Positions 21,573 through 30,538 of a stretch of 57,355 nt of DNA are shown one piece after another; position 1 is the stretch's first letter; the number at the start of each line of letters is the position of its first letter. This DNA comes from a virus (Duplodnaviria > Caudoviricetes): positions 1 through 57,355 of the IMG/VR virus record IMGVR_UViG_3300020411_002891; one strand, 5' to 3'. Both the position numbers and the translations under genes were made by a program. The notes beneath the pieces were generated by a model. It searched no databases, was not told the origin of the DNA, and saw only the letters and a program-made list of their open reading frames with translations.

Positions 21573-22584
21573 TGTATTTTCTACTCCACTTTTCTCTGGG
21601 CTCAGGGGCCCAGTATTGTCCTATTGTTTTTGCTTTTTCGATTGTTTTTTGTAGTTGCTCTTTTGTCAGGTCATCGGGACTGGTACCTATCTCTTCTCCT
21701 TCTTCGTATTGGCATATATAAGTGCGGCCCGACCGCGATAACCGTCGAGCAATCTTAACCGCTTGGCACGTACCTTTCTCGTTAGGAAATGCCTTTCCTG
21801 GCTCATTATCTAAGAGAATGTAGTACGGCCCCTTCATACGAAGAAGTGTCATAGCTTGGTGCTCTGTCATAAATGACCCTTGCAGAGCGACTGTATCGGA
21901 GAAGCCCAATTGCCTCGCCCATAAGCAGCCCTTGTACCCTTCTACAATGAGTATGGGGTCTTGGTTGCTGCTGTCGAAATACCTCGTAGGGTAGATCGTG
22001 TGCATTCCGTATAAATGAAGCCTATTCTTAGGCTCATACCCAGCTACGATATCGTAGAAGGCGGAATCATATACCTTATACCTTGGTTCTACCCAACTTT
22101 GCGCGGATCTACCGCTTACAGCAGTTAGTCGTCCTAGGTAATCACGTATACCGAATGTGATCCGATCTTCTTTAAAGTCGAATCCCACATCGTTTTCTTG
22201 GAGAGTCTCCATGCTAAATCCTGCATCCAGTAGTTGAACTGGGCAGTGATCGTATGCAGTGAGTACGTACTCTGGAAGCACGTCCCAAGTTTTGCGTAAG
22301 TCCATCTTCTTCTGCGTCTTTTTAGAGATCGCAGGAAGCTCATTCTTTACGCATACGAGCTTATCTACCTGATGCCTATCTAGGCCCATCCCGTACAAAA
22401 ACTGATGTATAGAGCCTGTAGCTCCGCAAGAAAAGCAGATCCACAGGCCTGTAGACATATCCATGGATAGAGGCCTACCAGATTTTGTATTGTGAAAAGG
22501 GCAGGAAGCTACGATGTTAGAGCTTCCAGATGGCTTGGCGTCAGGCAGATACTTCTGGATAATCCTCTGTATCTGTCTTTCCAA
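21559..22584 (-). CDS. dnaG: DnaG-type DNA primase
   Basis: CPFH...CFSC zinc finger, DRITFGIRD..GR..AVSGR, PRYK, and TOPRIM motifs IVEGY and LLDNE. Confidence 0.9.
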   Translation of the reverse strand: MERQIQRIIQKYLPDAKPSGSSNIVASCPFHNTKSGRPLSMDMSTGLWICFSCGATGSIHQFLYGMGLDRHQVDKLVCVKNELPAISKKTQKKMDLRKTWDVLPEYVLTAYDHCPVQLLDAGFSMETLQENDVGFDFKEDRITFGIRDYLGRLTAVSGRSAQSWVEPRYKVYDSAFYDIVAGYEPKNRLHLYGMHTIYPTRYFDSSNQDPILIVEGYKGCLWARQLGFSDTVALQGSFMTEHQAMTLLRMKGPYYILLDNEPGKAFPNEKGTCQAVKIARRLSRSGRTYICQYEEGEEIGTSPDDLTKEQLQKTIEKAKTIGQYWAPEPREKWSRKYNGIQ

Positions 22585-22585
22585 G

Positions 22586-23932
22586 CTACCTCCTAAATGA
22601 CTTCTTAAAAGAGCCGGATGAGAACTTAGAGTTAGTTGGAGTACCAGACGGAGTGCTGTTTGTTCTAGCTTTGCTCTTCTGTTCCTCCTCCTCTTGCTCT
22701 ACGAAGTTCTTTACCCAACTGTAATCTTCGTCGATAACCTCGCCGAAGCCCGTACATAGGTTTGCATCCAGAGTTATTCCGATGCCTTCCCGTATACTTC
22801 TTCCGGCGTTTACTATTAGAGCCATCCTGTCGTTTCTACGGTCAGTAACGACTCTCATTGCCATATCTACTCGTCGAGTAATATGGTCTGACCAGGCGTG
22901 TTCTGTACTACTAGTGCCTCTACTTTTTGCGCCCTCTCTGTTTGCATGCCCTGCAAAGAAGAGAGGTATTTTCGCCTTTGTAGAGACGTAGTTAACCATT
23001 TGGTCGACCGCCCTAGCAACGTACCTATGCTCGCTGCCAGTCTTATCTCCCATCATATCGTCTGCCATAGCTTTGAAGTAGTCATGAAAAACTACTTGAG
23101 GTCTATGTTCCTCTATTTTTGCTTTGAAGGCAGACGTACCTTCGCCTATGTCGGTGATGATAAAGCGATCGCTGTCAGCAATTGCCTGCAGCTGTTCGCG
23201 TAGGTTCTTCTTCGCTTCTGTAGATATGTCTGCACGTAGAGTAGACAAGTAGTCTAGATCTCCGAGCAGTGCGAGTATTCGCCACATAAGCTCGTCGTGA
23301 GTCATCTCCCGAGTAAAGAAGAGAACCTTTAGTCCCAAGGACCAGTAGTGCAGGGCCAGGTACAGGAGTAGGAAGGTTTTTCTACTCTTCTGCCTACCGT
23401 ATATGTATATACAGTTTCCTGGGCATAGCCCTGTCGTTTGGGAGTTAAACATGTCCCAAGGCCACGGATATCCAATCAGCCCCTGGCCGCTCTGAAGCCG
23501 CTCGATCTTATGAAAGAGTGCATCAAGATTATGGCCTACTGTGTGGTCCGTATTCCCGGTACTGTTTCTGGCTACTATCTTTTCAGTAGCCTTCATTAGG
23601 CGAGTACGAGCATCCCAAGGATCTACTCTATTTACGCCAGCCAAGTCGTGTATGGCTTTCTCGATCTCAGCTCCAAGTCGCATGGTCTTAAGCTCATGGA
23701 CTATAGACTCTACCGAGTCGGACGGCTTAACGTGCTCATAAGTAGGGCACAGCGTCTTGAAGTGCTCTATAGAAGGCACTTCGTGGAAGCTGTCATACTG
23801 GTCCTTTAGTACGTCCCAGTAAATCTGTGCTTCATCTTCAAGTAAGTTTGGAGTATCAGCTCCTGCTGTAATGGCAGAAGTAATATCTCTGGATTCTAAA
23901 ACGGCCGATATCAGCCCTAGATCATAATTCAT
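22586..23932 (-). CDS. DnaB-like (SF4) replicative helicase
   Basis: GYPWPW..FN..TTGL.PG, Walker A GRQKSRKT, LFFTREM, Walker B VVFHDY, HANR. Start reassigned to ATG 23932 because an SD-like sequence lies just upstream. Confidence 0.85.
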   Translation of the reverse strand: MNYDLGLISAVLESRDITSAITAGADTPNLLEDEAQIYWDVLKDQYDSFHEVPSIEHFKTLCPTYEHVKPSDSVESIVHELKTMRLGAEIEKAIHDLAGVNRVDPWDARTRLMKATEKIVARNSTGNTDHTVGHNLDALFHKIERLQSGQGLIGYPWPWDMFNSQTTGLCPGNCIYIYGRQKSRKTFLLLYLALHYWSLGLKVLFFTREMTHDELMWRILALLGDLDYLSTLRADISTEAKKNLREQLQAIADSDRFIITDIGEGTSAFKAKIEEHRPQVVFHDYFKAMADDMMGDKTGSEHRYVARAVDQMVNYVSTKAKIPLFFAGHANREGAKSRGTSSTEHAWSDHITRRVDMAMRVVTDRRNDRMALIVNAGRSIREGIGITLDANLCTGFGEVIDEDYSWVKNFVEQEEEEQKSKARTNSTPSGTPTNSKFSSGSFKKSFRR

Positions 23933-24008
23933 CCTCTGTCTCCACAGACAAATAGACACACAAACCACACCGGGAGGCGTGGTCTATAGTCGTTAGGTCA
24001 GCCCTTAC

Positions 24009-24037
24009 AGAGTATGGCGTGCCGGTACTCAGGTCAA
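24009..24037 (-). promoter_or_regulatory. sigma70-like promoter for the helicase-primase operon
   Basis: Minus strand reads TTGACC-N17-TACTCT in the intergenic gap, about 70 nt upstream of the helicase ATG. Confidence 0.65.
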
Positions 24038-24057
24038 ATAGATCTGAGAAAGGCAGC

Positions 24058-24444
24058 CTACTCCGGAGCTTCCCAATCGTCTTGGAGGTCCTTTACGTAC
24101 TCCATATGGGGCAGAAGTTGGTCTACGATTTCGTTGCGGACTTCTATGGCCTTTTCGATAGCTTCCTTCTTACACTCGGCAAAGACGGCGGCGCGGTCGG
24201 CCTCAGAGTCTTTGCACGGTCGAGTTACCCAAGTAGATACTTCAAATTTCTCCCGGGCAAACTGAGTACTGAAGCCCATAGACACAGACAGCCCTACAGA
24301 TGCAGTGCTCTCTCCAATCATGTCCTCCGTAAAGAGTGGCTGTGTGCCGCTCCCGGCTTCGCTGGTAACTACTTTATCTTCTTCTACGGATGCTCGATAT
24401 CCTCTCGACCCAGTTCGACCGGATCTACTACTAAACTTGCTCAT
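24058..24444 (-). CDS. Hypothetical protein (128 aa)
   Basis: Abuts the upstream gene with a GGAG SD; basic Ser/Arg N-terminus. Confidence 0.6.
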   Translation of the reverse strand: MSKFSSRSGRTGSRGYRASVEEDKVVTSEAGSGTQPLFTEDMIGESTASVGLSVSMGFSTQFAREKFEVSTWVTRPCKDSEADRAAVFAECKKEAIEKAIEVRNEIVDQLLPHMEYVKDLQDDWEAPE

Positions 24445-25008
24445 TTACTTCTCCTGTTGTTCAGAAATGCGAACTGATGGGTTCTTGGCTTTTACTACAA
24501 TTCTGAAGTCTTCTACGTCTTCTACTTTTAGTCGGCCTGAGTTTATTGCTCGCTCCATTATGCTTTCGTCTATTTCTTGGATGACCAAGGGGTCGCCGTC
24601 AATCTCCATTGACTCAATCTCTGGAAACTTACTTAGCAAGCCCTCTACGTCATACCGTGCGGTAGTTTGCGGTCGAGTTACGACTAGTTTTGTGCTGCCT
24701 ACGTGCAGCTTCATGCCGTCCTTTACGTCCGCTATAGGCATAGAGTAGACAGTTTGTTTTATGGCAGTCTCCGTTGCCTTTATGTCCGCCTCAGTTTTTC
24801 TAAGGTCCTCGAACGCTTCTGGCTCGGCCTCCTCTGCTCTGGCTTTGTTTTCTTCTATCTCTTCGGCTATTTGCTCCTGCCTATCTGTCAGCTCTCTAAT
24901 AGTCCCGTAAAGATCTTCCAGACTGGCCTCTATGTGTTCTTCTATCTCTTCTTTTTTCTTCTTAAGGTCGCTCAGCTCTTGGGCTAGGCGAGTAACGTCT
25001 TCTTTCAT
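24445..25008 (-). CDS. Coiled-coil hypothetical protein (possibly Gam/gp157-like)
   Basis: Long Glu/Lys heptad region. Start reassigned to ATG 25008 (or GTG 25014) after the UDG stop and a GGAG. Confidence 0.5.
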   Translation of the reverse strand: MKEDVTRLAQELSDLKKKKEEIEEHIEASLEDLYGTIRELTDRQEQIAEEIEENKARAEEAEPEAFEDLRKTEADIKATETAIKQTVYSMPIADVKDGMKLHVGSTKLVVTRPQTTARYDVEGLLSKFPEIESMEIDGDPLVIQEIDESIMERAINSGRLKVEDVEDFRIVVKAKNPSVRISEQQEK

Positions 25009-25013
25009 CTGCA

Positions 25014-25709
25014 CTACTCCGTATCTCTCATAGGTATCGGTATTCCTTTGTAAATTTCGTTGTATTTGTCCGCTAATGCGAACGCCTTTTCCCACGCGTA
25101 GTAGGACTTTGCCATGTCACCCGAGTCTGACATGTCGTCATTCCTGAGTAGGTATGACGGATGGAATGTCACTATGCCGGGCCGAGTTACCTCTGTACAT
25201 TGGCCCTTCGTATACACGTCTACTGCACAGTGATTCTCATCCCTCGATAATGATGTCAGTGTTTTGCGCTCTTTAGTAAGGGACTTAAGCGGGGCGTTCC
25301 CCAAGAGGAGTATGACAAATGGATCTACTATCTCTATCGTTTGATGAAGCCTGTCGGAGCAGGCAGCTATCTCCTCCTTGCTAGGGGCTCTGTTTTTCCT
25401 CGGGTTGTCTTCTTGTGTGGGTCTGCAACAAACGACGTTTGTTATAAACACCTCGTCTCTACTGCTATTAAATGAGCGTAGGAGCTTCTCAAATAGATCT
25501 CCTGCCGGTCCTACAAAAGGTACTCCATGCAAGTCCTCCTGCTCACCAGGCGCCTCGCCTATAATCATTAGAGATGCGTCTACATTACCATCTGCGAATA
25601 CTACGTTATTTCGTTTCCTGTCTGTAGGGTTGCAGAGTCCGCACTTATCGCAGTTTGCGTACTCATCCACAAGCTCCTCAAGGAGCTCTATCTTAGTTTC
25701 TGTGTCCAT
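25014..25709 (-). CDS. udg: Family-4 uracil-DNA glycosylase (Fe-S)
   Basis: CDKCGL, IIGEAPGEQED..GVPFVG, FITNVVCCRP..NRAP...C, TFHPSY. Confidence 0.92.
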   Translation of the reverse strand: MDTETKIELLEELVDEYANCDKCGLCNPTDRKRNNVVFADGNVDASLMIIGEAPGEQEDLHGVPFVGPAGDLFEKLLRSFNSSRDEVFITNVVCCRPTQEDNPRKNRAPSKEEIAACSDRLHQTIEIVDPFVILLLGNAPLKSLTKERKTLTSLSRDENHCAVDVYTKGQCTEVTRPGIVTFHPSYLLRNDDMSDSGDMAKSYYAWEKAFALADKYNEIYKGIPIPMRDTE

Positions 25710-25713
25710 ATAT

Positions 25714-27060
25714 CTAGTCCGATATGTAGTACGGATATTTGAGGTCTGTAAGGTGTGCCCTTAGCTTCTGGCACATCGCTTTACAGCCCGGTATCCGCTC
25801 GTCTTCAAAAATAATAACTACTGGTTTTGTTTCTTTGGCTCGCTGACTTCTGCCGATAATCTGCTCAAACCTGCCTCGATCAGTAAAGGGCATAGTAATG
25901 ACAACGGTATCCAACTCCTTTCTGTCTAGTCCGTCTCGGGCCAGTTGTGTGATGGCAAATACCATGTCATTGTCCTGCAGGATATTTGGGCGATCTTCTC
26001 CCTTTACTGCCCCATAGATAATGCCTGCGTCGTCGAATTTACTGTGCAGGTACTTCAGGTGCTCCACTCGCTCAGATAAGGCAAGCACTACTCGACCGTC
26101 TGATTTAGCCATTTCAAGCATGGAGATGATCTTCTTGTTTCGATCTTCGTGCTCTCCTAGCCACGTATAGAGTCGGGGCATATTAATCTCCCCTGACCTA
26201 TCTTTGAGCTTATCTGCATCCTCTGCCGTAAGAGTTACTCCAGTCTTCTTGAAAAAGACTTCGGGTATTACTTCCTGCTCTAAGTTTTGGTAGAGGATGT
26301 CGCCGGTGTGGTATCGATACAAAGCGTCCAGACCGTCTTTTCGGAAAGGCGTTGCGGATAGCCCCCAACGTATTCCTTGCCCAAGCGACGCCGTTCTATT
26401 GAAGTAAGGCGCCCCCAGCCGATGCACCTCGTCATAAATGACCACACCAAAATGGTTACGCATTTCTTCTGGGATCTCGTCGGACCTGCTTGCTAACGTT
26501 TGAATAAGGGCGACGGCTATCGGCTTATCCCAATCCCATTTATTTCCCTGTATCCACCCTACTTCTTCTCTGCGTATGTCAGTATGCTCGACTATTCGAC
26601 TTATCCATTGATGGGCTAAGTCTTGAGTAGGTACGACAATTAGTGCGGGTGTTCCGATCTCTGTCCACGCATGGAGGGAGATTACTGTTTTCCCTTTTCC
26701 GCACGATAGGGAGAGTATGCCGCTGCCCCTGTTTACTAGGTGAGATTTCCCTATCTCTTGGATCTCGTCTCGCAGAGTAAACGTAGGCTTTACTACTATC
26801 TCAGGGAATGTGTGAGGAGTTACGTTCTCTATCTCGAACGGCATCTCCGAATACTTCTCATAAGGAATGTACTCCCTCGGCACGCAGATATGGTTCTCCG
26901 TTAACGACCAGGCGTGGATATCTGGCTGCGCATCCATCTGGAAAGTCAGGGATTGCTTCACCCCGGCTAGGTTGTTTATGTGTTTTAGCGGTAGCCACAG
27001 CTGATCGCTGCGGTACCCTTTATCCGGCGATGCTTCTCGCCGTAACGTACTGTTGTTCAT
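25714..27060 (-). CDS. Superfamily-2 helicase (XPB/Ssl2/UvsW-like)
   Basis: LRDEIQ, CGKGKT, DEVH, GLSATPFRKDG, DGLD, QIIGRSQR. Confidence 0.9.
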   Translation of the reverse strand: MNNSTLRREASPDKGYRSDQLWLPLKHINNLAGVKQSLTFQMDAQPDIHAWSLTENHICVPREYIPYEKYSEMPFEIENVTPHTFPEIVVKPTFTLRDEIQEIGKSHLVNRGSGILSLSCGKGKTVISLHAWTEIGTPALIVVPTQDLAHQWISRIVEHTDIRREEVGWIQGNKWDWDKPIAVALIQTLASRSDEIPEEMRNHFGVVIYDEVHRLGAPYFNRTASLGQGIRWGLSATPFRKDGLDALYRYHTGDILYQNLEQEVIPEVFFKKTGVTLTAEDADKLKDRSGEINMPRLYTWLGEHEDRNKKIISMLEMAKSDGRVVLALSERVEHLKYLHSKFDDAGIIYGAVKGEDRPNILQDNDMVFAITQLARDGLDRKELDTVVITMPFTDRGRFEQIIGRSQRAKETKPVVIIFEDERIPGCKAMCQKLRAHLTDLKYPYYISD

Positions 27061-27434
27061 CCTAATCTCTTCAAGATTTCTTGAACGTAGTCTTCGGCAT
27101 CCTCATCAGATATTTCATAGTACTGTCTGAGGACTTCTATTGATTTGTTAGCTACCTGACGAGATTCCTCTGAGGTACTGATGACTACATTTTTTGTTGT
27201 TATTGGATCTATCTGCTCTTTGGCTAACAGAACCCAGGCTTTCATTGCCTCTGTTTCAGACATCTCTAGGGCTTCTATTATCTTAAGCAGCAGCTGCCCG
27301 GATGGTCTAGAATCGTTAGACTCAACCCGACGCATGTGCTCTAGAGATACGCCGACTTCATCAGCCAGCGATTTGACCGTCCTAAAACGGGCCAACCTCT
27401 TTCGAGCTTTTAGTATCAGGTCTCCGAGTTTCAC
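27057..27434 (-). CDS. XRE-family helix-turn-helix regulator
   Basis: LGDLILKARK...VKSLADEVGVSLEHMRRVESNDSRPS..LLLKIIEAL. Confidence 0.85.
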   Translation of the reverse strand: MKLGDLILKARKRLARFRTVKSLADEVGVSLEHMRRVESNDSRPSGQLLLKIIEALEMSETEAMKAWVLLAKEQIDPITTKNVVISTSEESRQVANKSIEVLRQYYEISDEDAEDYVQEILKRLG

Positions 27435-27598
27435 TATTTAGCCTTCTTTGCATATGAGCTAAGTAGTAGATCTATGGCCTCTCTGTGGAGTGCCGACTCG
27501 GGAATCCGGGTTTCTTTGCTTAAGTTAGATAGCTGCTTCTTCTGAGATAATAGAAGGTAGGCAGTAACCTGAACTTTGGGATCTTCTTTAATGTCCAC
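27434..27598 (-). CDS. Ribbon-helix-helix DNA-binding protein
   Basis: VQVTAYL...KKQLSNLSKETRIPESALHREAIDLLL fits the RHH pattern. GTG start at 27598 follows AAGGAG/GAGG. Confidence 0.75.
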   Translation of the reverse strand: MDIKEDPKVQVTAYLLLSQKKQLSNLSKETRIPESALHREAIDLLLSSYAKKAK

Positions 27599-27631
27599 TT
27601 TTACCTCGTCTCCTTTAGCTACCACAACCCT

Positions 27632-27663
27632 CAAGTGCAGTCAACTGCCATTGACTGCACTTG
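27632..27663. promoter_or_regulatory. Perfect 13-bp inverted repeat (candidate operator) containing two back-to-back -35 boxes
   Basis: CAAGTGCAGTCAA-ctgcca-TTGACTGCACTTG. Confidence 0.75.
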
Positions 27664-27679
27664 TTATTTAGCCTATAAC
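27651..27679 (+). promoter_or_regulatory. sigma70-like promoter, probably giving a leaderless transcript
   Basis: TTGACT-N17-TATAAC; ATG at 27686 lies at the expected start site, with no SD. Confidence 0.75.
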
Positions 27680-27685
27680 ACTGCT

Positions 27686-27913
27686 ATGGCCGTAGATAAG
27701 ACCAGTGCTGATAGAGGGTGGTATGACGAGACTCTCGTTGATCGTCTTGATGCAGAGATACAGACATTGGATTTAATAATCGAATATCTATCTCTGAAGG
27801 CAGAGACTGAGGGCGTTTCCGCAGAAGATATACGTCGAGTAATGACTGCCATAGGCAACTTTACTAGGGCCTACGACTCTGCTCGACGTGATTGGTTGGA
27901 GAAAGTTTCTTAG
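27686..27913 (+). CDS. Small helical hypothetical protein (75 aa)
   Basis: MAVDKTSADRGWY...; start reassigned to ATG 27686 downstream of the promoter. Confidence 0.6.
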   Translation: MAVDKTSADRGWYDETLVDRLDAEIQTLDLIIEYLSLKAETEGVSAEDIRRVMTAIGNFTRAYDSARRDWLEKVS

Positions 27914-28305
27914 GGCATAAACCTTCTCTTCTGGAAGTAGTAAGCTACTTCTTGCGCGGCAGCTCCTATAGCTACCTCTAGCATCCTTAATCCTAAGTCT
28001 ATTAATATTTCTTTGAGGGTTGGAGGATTCCATTGCCCTACGTCTCCAGACGGCTCTTGCCTATATGCAAAGGGCCTATCTCCGCTGTTTTCTCTTCTGT
28101 TTTGTTGCCCAGTATGCGATCTGCGCTGGGCTACTTGCCCCCTATTCGAGGACGAATTTGTAGATCTTGTTCTAAACCTACTGGCAGAGGTGTTGTTCTC
28201 CGTGCTACTTCCTTGGTAGAATGAGAAGTCCCTTCTCTGGCTATTTGATCTAGGTCCGTTAGATGATTTTCGCAGTTCATCATACAGACGTGAATTTGAC
28301 ATCAT
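27910..28305 (-). CDS. Hypothetical protein with disordered Ser/Arg/Asn-rich N-terminus and helical C-terminus
   Basis: Strong SD AAAGGAGG before ATGATG (28305/28302). Confidence 0.65.
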   Translation of the reverse strand: MMSNSRLYDELRKSSNGPRSNSQRRDFSFYQGSSTENNTSASRFRTRSTNSSSNRGQVAQRRSHTGQQNRRENSGDRPFAYRQEPSGDVGQWNPPTLKEILIDLGLRMLEVAIGAAAQEVAYYFQKRRFMP

Positions 28306-28347
28306 ACCTCCTTTGCACAAAATGGTGCTTTAATGGCGATCACTTTG

Positions 28348-28376
28348 CTTATGCGAGATAATCTGCGAATTTACCG
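28348..28376 (-). promoter_or_regulatory. Putative phage-specific promoter CGGTAA-N17-CATAAG, copy 1
   Basis: Plus strand CTTATGCGAGA-N12-TTACCG; identical boxes and spacing recur at 32653-32681. Confidence 0.55.
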
Positions 28377-28385
28377 AGGAAAATA

Positions 28386-29477
28386 ATGGGTTACGAGCAC
28401 ACAACTCTTGATTTTTACGACGACATGGGAGCAATCCTTAAAGATACCGTGTCTGATTCTGCCGATCTGCCGGATTTCATTAAGACTGCGGCTTCTGTTA
28501 CTGACGAAGACCCGGGCAACTGCTTTGCTCTTGTCATGGTAGACGACGGTAAGGTGCTTAAGAAGTTTGCTACGGCTGATAAAGGTAATACGTGGCTATC
28601 CTCTCTGTACTTTTCTATGACGAAAGACCGCCTACCTCCAGAAGCGCAGAAAGTGGCCGCCGCAAATCTACTAGTAGCTTGTGAGCATTACGGAATCGAA
28701 GCGCAGCCTGACCTATATGATCTGTCTGGAGACGATCCCCCAACTACTAATGTTGTAGATGTCACGAACGTTATGCCCGCAGTAAAGGTAGCAGAGAGGC
28801 AAGACGTAAACTTTGCCATCGAACGGGCAGATGGAAGTAAGTCATATCCCCTCGATAACGCAGAGCAGCTGGCTGCTGCGAACGAGTACTTTTCTCTTAA
28901 TAAAGGCAGCTTTGTTCCTAGAGAACGTAGAGAGTTTGCGGTTAAGGTGGCTTCCGTTGCAGACAAAATGGGCATGCCAGTAAGCGATTCTGTGCGAGAG
29001 TATTCAGGGAGTGATTACTCCCCAGTCTTAGAGGGCCACCTATCGCTTAGGTACCAGCACCTTATGGACACGGATGCCGCCCCAGAGCTTCGAACAGAGC
29101 TTATGAAACTGGCCCAGTCTCGCGCCTCTGACGGCCCCGACTCTTTTGCTGATGGGCTATACGACTTTGATAAGAAGGCAGGACTTGATCGGTTTTGGGA
29201 CCGCACATTGTCCGATCCTTGGTACTCGACTTTTGGTATGACTAAGAAGGCGTACCCCGAGCCTAAGTCTGCTAAGTCCTATACCGTAGGGGCAGACACT
29301 GTTAGCGGAGAGGCACTGCATCGTCTTGCTGCCGCTCGCAAAGAAGTCTCTGATCATTTCGGTATGTCGTTTGCTAACGCGTTCTTAAAAGATCCTGAGT
29401 CCATGTTTGAGTCCATGCCCATGCCTCAGAAGAAGGTACTGGCTCGTATGGCTAATGATATGAGAGCCTCTTTGTAG
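28386..29477 (+). CDS. Probable head-associated protein with an internally repeated small domain and K-x-A motifs
   Basis: FALVMVDDG..KKF....SSLYF is echoed by FAIERADG.KSYPL....ANEYF. Contains KTAA, KVAA, KVAE, KVAS, KLAQ. Confidence 0.5.
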   Translation: MGYEHTTLDFYDDMGAILKDTVSDSADLPDFIKTAASVTDEDPGNCFALVMVDDGKVLKKFATADKGNTWLSSLYFSMTKDRLPPEAQKVAAANLLVACEHYGIEAQPDLYDLSGDDPPTTNVVDVTNVMPAVKVAERQDVNFAIERADGSKSYPLDNAEQLAAANEYFSLNKGSFVPRERREFAVKVASVADKMGMPVSDSVREYSGSDYSPVLEGHLSLRYQHLMDTDAAPELRTELMKLAQSRASDGPDSFADGLYDFDKKAGLDRFWDRTLSDPWYSTFGMTKKAYPEPKSAKSYTVGADTVSGEALHRLAAARKEVSDHFGMSFANAFLKDPESMFESMPMPQKKVLARMANDMRASL

Positions 29478-30139
29478 TGGGACAGGCTTTACTGCGACCC
29501 GCAGGTATTCTAGAGGATGAGTATGGTCTACATCTGCTCGTCCTAGACGCCTTATGTATAAAGCATATCGGCCCTGAATACATAGGCTGGGACACAGAGG
29601 CTCTCAAGGCGGAGCTGTCAGAGGACTTTGGAGACATAGGCGTAGTTACCTGGGAGCGGATTCAGGCTGCTCGGCTGCTGCACGCTAACGACTCTTTTTG
29701 GAAAGAGTGGGAAGTTTTTGAGAAGGTCACTGCTGCGATTATGGGTGAGCCTCCTATATTTAGTTACTCTCAGCCTCCCGAAGCAGAGGAGATAGCTATA
29801 GCAATCGCCACTGCAGCTGCGGTAGCTAACCACAAATATACTGATGACGTTTGTGGGTATATGGCTGCTGCCTGTCTCTTTGACGGCTTGTGGTATCTCG
29901 ACGATCACATCGAAGTAGCTGAGGCTGCTTTGACAGAACACGATAAGAGAAAAGGTATTAGTCGTGCATTTGCTGCCGTAGCTGGTAGACTGGAAGAAGT
30001 TTCAGACTATATAAAAGAGCCTAACTCTGCTATTGATGTACAAGTCAATCACGTTATTTCCGTTAGGAAGGCACTTGCCGAGTACAACGGGCAGATAGAA
30101 AAACAGTTATTAAACCTCCCTAAGATTATGGAGCAGTAA
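29477..30139 (+). CDS. Hypothetical protein (220 aa)
   Basis: TAGTG overlap with the upstream gene; no motif recognised. Confidence 0.6.
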   Translation: MGQALLRPAGILEDEYGLHLLVLDALCIKHIGPEYIGWDTEALKAELSEDFGDIGVVTWERIQAARLLHANDSFWKEWEVFEKVTAAIMGEPPIFSYSQPPEAEEIAIAIATAAAVANHKYTDDVCGYMAAACLFDGLWYLDDHIEVAEAALTEHDKRKGISRAFAAVAGRLEEVSDYIKEPNSAIDVQVNHVISVRKALAEYNGQIEKQLLNLPKIMEQ

Positions 30140-30529
30140 ATGGACGACCTTAAAGAACTAAACGATATGGACTTAAAAGGTCGCTTTATCGCCCAGGCCT
30201 TTGTCGAGGAACTTGAGGAGATTGAAAAAGTCGCTAATTTAGGCTTTTTCGCTAACCTTGCGCGATCGGCTACTCGGTCAGGGGCAAAAATGTTGAGCGG
30301 AGTATCTAAGAAGGTACCCGGCGGCCAGGGCGCCCTTAGGGGCGCGGCGGGGCCCGTAGCCCCTAAAGGCGTGGGTAAGGCTACGAGCCGACAATACACA
30401 GGCAATAGCATGAAGGATCTGGCTAAGTTTTACGGCGGTAAGGGTCTAATGTGGGCCGGTAAGAACCCACGCAAGGCTACCGCAATAGCCGGCACTGGCG
30501 CTGTCGGTACTACTGCAGCACTTACGTAA
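30140..30529 (+). CDS. Small protein with an acidic EKVA leader and basic Gly/Ala/Lys-rich body (putative internal head protein)
   Basis: AFVEELEEIEKVA followed by a strongly basic segment; GGAG SD. Confidence 0.55.
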   Translation: MDDLKELNDMDLKGRFIAQAFVEELEEIEKVANLGFFANLARSATRSGAKMLSGVSKKVPGGQGALRGAAGPVAPKGVGKATSRQYTGNSMKDLAKFYGGKGLMWAGKNPRKATAIAGTGAVGTTAALT

Positions 30530-30538
30530 GGATAGTTA

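Noticed and set aside
24014-24987. Several overlapping plus-strand ORFs, and many similar shadow ORFs elsewhere in the track
   Set aside because: Antisense or out-of-frame shadows of well-supported genes, with no SDs or recognisable motifs.
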